From positions 444-64,443 of IMG/VR virus record IMGVR_UViG_2551306416_000003: DNA of 64,000 nucleotides; one strand, 5' to 3'. The position numbers and the translations under genes are program-made. Source of the stretch: a virus (lineage: Duplodnaviria > Caudoviricetes). Below the pieces are notes generated by a model. The model saw only the letters and a program-made list of their open reading frames with translations, was not told the DNA's origin and did no database searches. Positions 58,801 to 64,000 of the stretch are shown here, piece by piece (the stretch's first letter is position 1; each line of letters begins with the position of its first letter).

Positions 58801-59502
58801 ATGTTCGATACCAGTACTTTTGACGATCCTTTTGTCCTTGATCCGGTAATCCGCCGCCGATGGGCGTTCATAGAGACCAGTTCTGCTGCCGCAGTGTTAC
58901 GCTCAGTATGCCCTAACGAATGGGCCGATATCGTCCATGTATTAAGTTCGTTTGAGCTTGATCCTAAACAGTGGCTAAGGGCCGGCGGCAACCGAGGCGA
59001 TATCGCCCAGGTGATTGATGGAATGTTTTCCCAACGTGGCTGGAAGGAGACGCGAGTAGACTTGTCTACTCAAGGAATCTTGCTGTCAAAGAAGCTTGAA
59101 GTTATTGAGCGCTTGCCAGCAGTTCATCAGGAAGGGTACCTAGTCGATAACTTCAAGGGGCGAGTCGCTCTTGATGTTGAATGGAATGCGAAGGATGGTA
59201 ACCTGGACCGAGACTTATCAGCGTACCGCGCTTGGCATGAAGCCGGTGTAATTTCTGCCGCTGTTCTGATCACGCAGGACCGGGTACGATTGAAACAACT
59301 TGCCGAAACGTTGTGGTTTGACTATCAGCAAACGCTGCCCGAGGCTCAGCGAAACTCAAAACTCCCCATCGACCTCAATACATCCACTACGACTAACCTT
59401 GAAAAGGCAGCGCTCCGCGTTCGGAGGGGTGTTATGGGAACATGTCCGCTATTGATTGTCGCGGCAACTCCTGAAACTTGGAACGGTCAGCCGTACAGAT
59501 AA
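58801..59502 (+). CDS. BglII/BstYI-family restriction endonuclease
   Basis: VDNFKGRVALDVEWNAKDGNLDRDL catalytic pattern, GGN. Confidence 0.8.
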   Translation: MFDTSTFDDPFVLDPVIRRRWAFIETSSAAAVLRSVCPNEWADIVHVLSSFELDPKQWLRAGGNRGDIAQVIDGMFSQRGWKETRVDLSTQGILLSKKLEVIERLPAVHQEGYLVDNFKGRVALDVEWNAKDGNLDRDLSAYRAWHEAGVISAAVLITQDRVRLKQLAETLWFDYQQTLPEAQRNSKLPIDLNTSTTTNLEKAALRVRRGVMGTCPLLIVAATPETWNGQPYR

Positions 59503-59508
59503 AATTTT

Positions 59509-59532
59509 AAAGGGAGTTTCGCTAACTCCCTT
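59509..59532. terminator. Hairpin between convergent R and M genes
   Basis: AAGGGAGTT-TCGCT-AACTCCCTT. Confidence 0.65.
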
Positions 59533-59554
59533 ATCTCCTGTTAATCACTGCGGT

Positions 59555-60334
59555 TCATAACGTCACGATCAGGTCTGAGCGCGCAGGCTCAGCTTGCGAG
59601 TGATTTTGATAGGTATCCCAAGACGGGAAGTATGTTTCATCGGCTTGGTTGCCCCACACCGTCCAATTTTTCCGTTCACCACGAGCGAACATTTCAAGAT
59701 ACGGGCCAGGGCTACATGCTTCGATTAGCGGGTATTGCTCATCCGGTTTGCGGGAATGTTCACGCTTGCGAGTTGCTAAGAAATTTACTTGGCTTCTTGC
59801 AGGGGCAAGTGTTCTGGCATTTTTACCTCGCACTCCAAAGAGAATCAACTCTGTGACATTTCTGAAATAAAAACCGACCCCTCTGCCGTCAGGTCCTCCA
59901 TCCTTCCGGATCTTGTGCCAGACAAGGTTGCTTTTATATTCGAAGCCCCAAGCCTTAAGAACGGCAAGCCCCTCGGGCAACAGAGCGTTAGGCACCCAAA
60001 GGTAGAGATGGCTCGTCTCTGCAGCTGCCTCCGCGACTGGCAACGCCTTTATATCGTCTAAGGTCATGGTTGGATAGCGATTGAGGCGTTTATGTTCTGG
60101 TGCAACCTTGCCTGTGCGATTTTCAAATTGCCAGGGTGGGTCAGCGAGAATGGTTCCAAACTTCCTGCCGCCTACAAACTCGCGAAAATCTGCTGCTGCA
60201 TCCTGCGGCTTGTCCACTGGTGCGATTTCTTTCATATCTTCCTTGTTATGCATTTTGCGACAACTGCAAATTAATCTGTTTTGATCCACCAAACCGGCCT
60301 TTTGTTGCTCCCCCTCGAGGCTTATTGGCTTCAA
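59555..60334 (-). CDS. MT-A70-family DNA adenine methyltransferase
   Basis: ILADPPW, HLYLWVPN, WGF.YK, EHSRKP, YLEMFARG. Confidence 0.92.
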   Translation of the reverse strand: MKPISLEGEQQKAGLVDQNRLICSCRKMHNKEDMKEIAPVDKPQDAAADFREFVGGRKFGTILADPPWQFENRTGKVAPEHKRLNRYPTMTLDDIKALPVAEAAAETSHLYLWVPNALLPEGLAVLKAWGFEYKSNLVWHKIRKDGGPDGRGVGFYFRNVTELILFGVRGKNARTLAPARSQVNFLATRKREHSRKPDEQYPLIEACSPGPYLEMFARGERKNWTVWGNQADETYFPSWDTYQNHSQAEPARSDLIVTL

Positions 60335-60554
60335 ACTGGATACGATTCAGCGTCGCGCGATAATCCATCCCCGATTCAGCCATATCGCCCATTAACGCAG
60401 CGATGATCGCTAGATGAGGGGGAACCTCTCCATGTTTGGCATGGTTACTAATTGAGTTGGGACTTTGCTTAATTAGGTCAGCAAAGCCCTTTACGGTAAG
60501 CCCGGCTTTCCCGAGCTGCCGTCGGAATTCGTCGTAGGTCATGGCGGCAATCAT
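60246..60554 (-). CDS. Small HTH-like regulator of the R-M module
   Basis: F...L.KAGLTVK.FA.LI...NSISN; overlaps the methyltransferase start. Confidence 0.7.
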   Translation of the reverse strand: MIAAMTYDEFRRQLGKAGLTVKGFADLIKQSPNSISNHAKHGEVPPHLAIIAALMGDMAESGMDYRATLNRIQFEANKPRGGATKGRFGGSKQINLQLSQNA

Positions 60555-60583
60555 AACAGACGTGGTGCTTTACACATTATATA

Positions 60584-60627
60584 ATTTACCTATCAAATCA
60601 AATAGTGTGCATGGTAAATGATTTGAT
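60584..60627. promoter_or_regulatory. Overlapping inverted repeats upstream of the regulator
   Basis: ATTTACC/GGTAAAT and ATCAAATCA/TGATTTGAT. Confidence 0.5.
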
Positions 60628-60659
60628 GTTTTTGATGCTTCTGAGTGTAGTGTTGTGGT

Positions 60660-60845
60660 TTAGTTAAGCTTCAATCGTTGTTTCTGAATAACAAATCCCG
60701 CCCCCGCAACCAGTTTTAGAGACATGCCGCTAGAAGCTAGTAATAGTTTCTCAGTGGCATTGTTGTATTGAGCGTAGATATTCTCGCCTTCGGCGACGAC
60801 ATCGATTTTCCCATAGAGCTCGGCTACCAAAATGCGCCTGCTGCA
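60660..60845 (-). pseudogene. C-terminal remnant of a second large serine recombinase
   Basis: ILVAELYGKIDVVAEGENIYA.YNNA.EKLLLASSGMSLKLVAGAGF, nearly identical to the 21880-23466 tail. Confidence 0.9.
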
Positions 60846-60925
60846 GTCGCAACGTATCCGATCCGGCCGACCGCGCCATTGGATGATGCGCTCCAGCGAA
60901 CGGATCACGCGCTCCTTCCACGTGG
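60846..60925 (-). mobile_element. Internal scrap of an IS3-family transposase
   Basis: ERVIRSLERIIQWRGRPDRIRCD precedes the second catalytic Asp in IS3 OrfB. Confidence 0.7.
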
Positions 60926-60931
60926 GCATCG

Positions 60932-61450
60932 TTGTTTTTGGAGCCCCTCAATGCAGCCATGCAGGAATTCGGGATCGATACGCGCCTGCGCATGGCCGCC
61001 TTCCTGTCGCAGATCGGCCATGAGTCGGGCCAGTTCCATTTCATGGAGGAACTGGCCAGCGGCGCTGCTTATGACCATCGAGCAGATCTTGGTAACACCA
61101 ATCCAGAGGCGATTCGGATCGCGGCTGCAAACGGCAGCACGCCGGGCCGCTTCTGGAAGGGCCAGGGCCCGATCCAGATCACGGGCTACCTCAACCACCT
61201 GGCCGCCATGATGGCGCTGCACGTAGATTGCGTGGGGCAGCCCCGCCTGTTGTGCGAGCCGGTCCACGGCTGCCGCGCTGCCGGCTGGTTCTGGTAGGTC
61301 AATGGCCTGGCCAAGTGGGCTGATGCCGGCGACATCGATGGCGTGAGCGACGTGGTGAACCGGGGTAAGAAAACGGCGGCCATTGGCGATGCAAACGGTT
61401 TTGCCGAGCGCAAGGCCTGCTATGACCGTGCGCTGGAGGTGATCCCATGA
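60932..61450 (+). pseudogene. GH19 endolysin with in-frame amber stop
   Basis: AAFLSQIGHESG, KG.GPIQITG, AGWFW*; reading continues in frame VNGL...AERKACYDRALEVIP* and overlaps the Rz ATG. Confidence 0.85.
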
Positions 61451-61959
61451 ACCGGATTCAGGCGGTAATGACAGCCCTCGGCGCGGTCGTGCTGGCCCTT
61501 TGCCTGGGTCTGATTGGCGGTTACCTATGGGGTGGGCACCGCCAGGCTCAGATTGATGAGGGTAGGGCGGCGAAGGTCAGCGAGGAGCACGCCACCGCCC
61601 TGGCCAGCGCCACCGAACGATACCCGGAGGCCGAGCGCGGTGGCCAGGCTGCCGTCGCTGCGATCACAGCCGCCGTTCAACAGGAGAAAGAGAATGCAAA
61701 GAAGCAAATAGATGTTCTGCGCGCTGAGTTGCGCGCTGGTGCTGTGCGCCTGTCAGTTGCTGTCGACGCGGCTAGTGCAGCCGCTGCTGCCCAAGCTGCC
61801 GCCGCTGGGAATCGAGAAGCGCGAGCCGACCTTCTGCCAGCGGCTGCTGGGCGAATTTTCGATTTCGCCCTCGAAGGCGACGACATCGTGCGCGACCTCA
61901 ATGCCTGCATCGACAAGTACCGCCGTGCAGAGCAAGTGATTAACGAAGCAGGACAGTAG
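61447..61959 (+). CDS. Rz-like spanin
   Basis: N-terminal TM, coiled coil, GAVRLSV. Confidence 0.85.
   Translation: MNRIQAVMTALGAVVLALCLGLIGGYLWGGHRQAQIDEGRAAKVSEEHATALASATERYPEAERGGQAAVAAITAAVQQEKENAKKQIDVLRAELRAGAVRLSVAVDAASAAAAAQAAAAGNREARADLLPAAAGRIFDFALEGDDIVRDLNACIDKYRRAEQVINEAGQ
61712..61939 (+). CDS. Rz1-like lipoprotein spanin embedded in Rz
   Basis: ALVLCAC lipobox-like sequence and Pro-rich KREP segment in an alternative frame. Confidence 0.65.
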   Translation: MFCALSCALVLCACQLLSTRLVQPLLPKLPPLGIEKREPTFCQRLLGEFSISPSKATTSCATSMPASTSTAVQSK

Positions 61960-61964
61960 TAAAA

Positions 61965-62045
61965 GTAGAGCGCCCGACCGGTTGGCTAAGAACCGGACCG
62001 GGCCTCAATCCACTGAAGCGAGCAGTGAATCAAGCAAGGCTCTAC
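61965..62045 (+). ncRNA. Candidate structured RNA (three-way junction)
   Basis: GTAGAGC/GCTCTAC closing stem, GCCCG-CCGGTT/AACCGG-CGGGC arm, CACTG/CAGTG arm. Confidence 0.4.
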
Positions 62046-62317
62046 CAGCCTCATGATGCTGGTTGGTGTCAGCTTACCGTGGCACTGCTCGTTCTGTTAT
62101 TCCTTGTCTAAGCAGCAAGAGTGGAATAATCCAAATTAAATCAATAGCAAAAAATGACTTTTTTTCTTGCGCAGTAAGATTTGCTATGACGTAAAAAGAA
62201 TAGTAAATTTCTCCGCGGTGAGAATTCGAATAAAAATATATTTAACAAAAGTTGACATTTATATTCGGCACCACAGAAGTTCCACATCCACTCAAAGAAA
62301 TGTTGCAAAGGTGAAAT

Positions 62318-64000
62318 ATGACGAGCAAGAACGCTTACCTTGGAGTAAATCTGCTGCATGACACTTCCGCCGCTATTTTGTGCGATGGCGAGCTGGTCGC
62401 AGCGGTAGAACAAGAACGATTTGATGGAGTTCGCCACTCAACCAATTTTCCCCATGATGCAATCCAGTTCTGCTTGAAAGAGGCGGGTCTGAAAATCAGT
62501 GACGTGAAGAATATTGGCGTTACGTTTGATTATTCTTCATTTATCGCAAATAACAGACCATTTGAGCAAAACACTGTTAATCACGATGACATCAGCCTCG
62601 ACGGGCAAAAAGTTCAAATTGCGCGCAATATCACTACATATCGAAATGCCATACAAAGTATGCGTGAAAGCGGGCTTGGAAACTTTGTCAGCATCCGCCA
62701 CCATTTTTGCCATGCAGCGGCAACATTTTTCTCAAGCGGTTTTGAATCGTCGAACATTCTAGTGCTTGATGGGCGCGGTGAAGATGAATCTACTTCTCTG
62801 TATTTTGGCAATGGGATCTCAATTGAGAAGTTAAAGAGCTATCCAATCAAAGATTCTCTTGGTCATCTGTACACATATGTCACTAGTCTCTGCGGGCTTT
62901 ACTCTTACATAGGCCAGGAAGGTAAAACAATGGGCCTCTCGTCATATGGCCGCGGAAAAGTTTCTATCATTGATACCGTCCTTAAGTTTGATAAGAGCGG
63001 CTATTTCATCGACAGAGAGGCGATGCGAAAGCTCAGAGATATCGCTGACAAGAAGGCATTTTCAGATAGCTCAAAAGAGCTTGCATATGCAGTACAAAAA
63101 GCTATTGAAAGAGCTTTTGCATTTCTCGCAGAAGATCTTTACGGGCAAACAGGTAATCGGAATTTCTGCTTGGCTGGTGGTGTAGCACTAAATTGCAACG
63201 CAAATGGAGTTGTTGCAGGCTTGGACTTCGTAGATAACATTTACATTCAGCCTGCCGCGAATGATGCTGGCGCAGCCATTGGGGCCGCAATGTTGTTACA
63301 TGTAGGTGATTTAGAGACACGTCCGGTTGTAAGGGAGCAAGTATATTTAGGGCCAGATTTCTCATCTAAGGAAATTGTAGATTATCTTTCTTCTGAAAAA
63401 ATCTCATTTGAGAAGATCGCAAGCCCTCATCAGGAAGCTGCCAAGCTAATAAATTCCGGTATGGTAATCGGATGGTGTCAGGGAAAAATGGAGTTTGGAC
63501 CTCGCGCTCTCGGTAACCGGTCAATTCTCGCTGCGCCAACTTCGGCCTCCATTCGCGACCGCGTTAATGTAGTCAAGCAGCGCGAAAGTTGGAGGCCGTT
63601 AGCTCCGTCAGTTTTGGCAGAGCACGCAGCGAATTGGTTCGAAATGCCGGCACCGTCTCCGTTCATGCTAATAACCATGAAGGTCCGTGAAAAATATAAG
63701 GATTTAGTTGCGGCCATTACACATGTTGATGGAACCGCCAGAGTCCAAACTGTTTCAGAAAAAGACAATAAAAAATATTATGACTTGATCAATGAGTATC
63801 ATAAATTGTCAGGTATTCCAATGGTCCTGAATACATCTTTAAATACGAAAGGAAAGCCGATTGTGAGTTCGCCCGCTGACTGCATAGAATGTCTCTACGA
63901 AAGCGGGTTGGATGCCATTTTTATTGGTGACTATTTGATTTATAACACCAAAAAAATGAACAGCAACGAAACAGACTCCCTCTTGGAAGCGGCTGTCTAA
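62318..64000 (+). CDS. NodU/CmcH-family carbamoyltransferase
   Basis: HDTSAAI..DG.LVAAVEQERF, HH..HA, DGRGE, EGKTMGLS.YG, LAGGVALNC.AN, EFGPRALGNRSI, LNTS.N..G.P. Confidence 0.95.
   Translation: MTSKNAYLGVNLLHDTSAAILCDGELVAAVEQERFDGVRHSTNFPHDAIQFCLKEAGLKISDVKNIGVTFDYSSFIANNRPFEQNTVNHDDISLDGQKVQIARNITTYRNAIQSMRESGLGNFVSIRHHFCHAAATFFSSGFESSNILVLDGRGEDESTSLYFGNGISIEKLKSYPIKDSLGHLYTYVTSLCGLYSYIGQEGKTMGLSSYGRGKVSIIDTVLKFDKSGYFIDREAMRKLRDIADKKAFSDSSKELAYAVQKAIERAFAFLAEDLYGQTGNRNFCLAGGVALNCNANGVVAGLDFVDNIYIQPAANDAGAAIGAAMLLHVGDLETRPVVREQVYLGPDFSSKEIVDYLSSEKISFEKIASPHQEAAKLINSGMVIGWCQGKMEFGPRALGNRSILAAPTSASIRDRVNVVKQRESWRPLAPSVLAEHAANWFEMPAPSPFMLITMKVREKYKDLVAAITHVDGTARVQTVSEKDNKKYYDLINEYHKLSGIPMVLNTSLNTKGKPIVSSPADCIECLYESGLDAIFIGDYLIYNTKKMNSNETDSLLEAAV

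Larger units (their letters stand above)
21908..60712. mobile_element. Prophage 2: apparently complete P2-like (Peduovirus-type) prophage
   Basis: Full early, tail, lysis, head and packaging modules plus cos; bounded by the 22-bp repeat ACAAATCCCGCCCCCGCAACCA. Confidence 0.88.

Overview
The window starts in core chromosome of a GC-rich betaproteobacterium (Oxalobacteraceae/Herbaspirillum-like is my inference): the 3' part of acs, then tRNA-Ser(GGA). Everything after ~1.8 kb is a nested accessory island. (1) A P2-like element (~1.8-21.9 kb) keeps a tyrosine integrase, xis, the gpA replicase with its ori, ogr, a repressor switch and a cos site, but has no virion genes. It carries decayed CDI (cdiA) fragments with an intact DUF596 immunity gene, a HEPN-motif gene and an IS21 relic. 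(2) At 16.7-21.9 kb there is an array of small, mostly immunity-like genes separated by about ten copies of a 24-bp hairpin (GTCYGC-N12-GCRGAC). It looks like a non-integron gene-cassette array and is the best candidate for an undescribed system. (3) An apparently complete P2-like prophage (~21.9-60.7 kb) uses a large serine recombinase whose putative att core lies inside its own 3' end. It carries a PAS-GGDEF diguanylate cyclase, a chemoreceptor, broken umuDC, a second HEPN gene, a pseudo-tRNA-Thr and a BglII-like/MT-A70 restriction-modification module. (4) Relics of a third phage (recombinase tail, IS3 scrap, GH19 endolysin, Rz/Rz1), a three-way-junction RNA-like element and a carbamoyltransferase gene close the window. 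All family calls come from motif recognition by eye; no searches were run.
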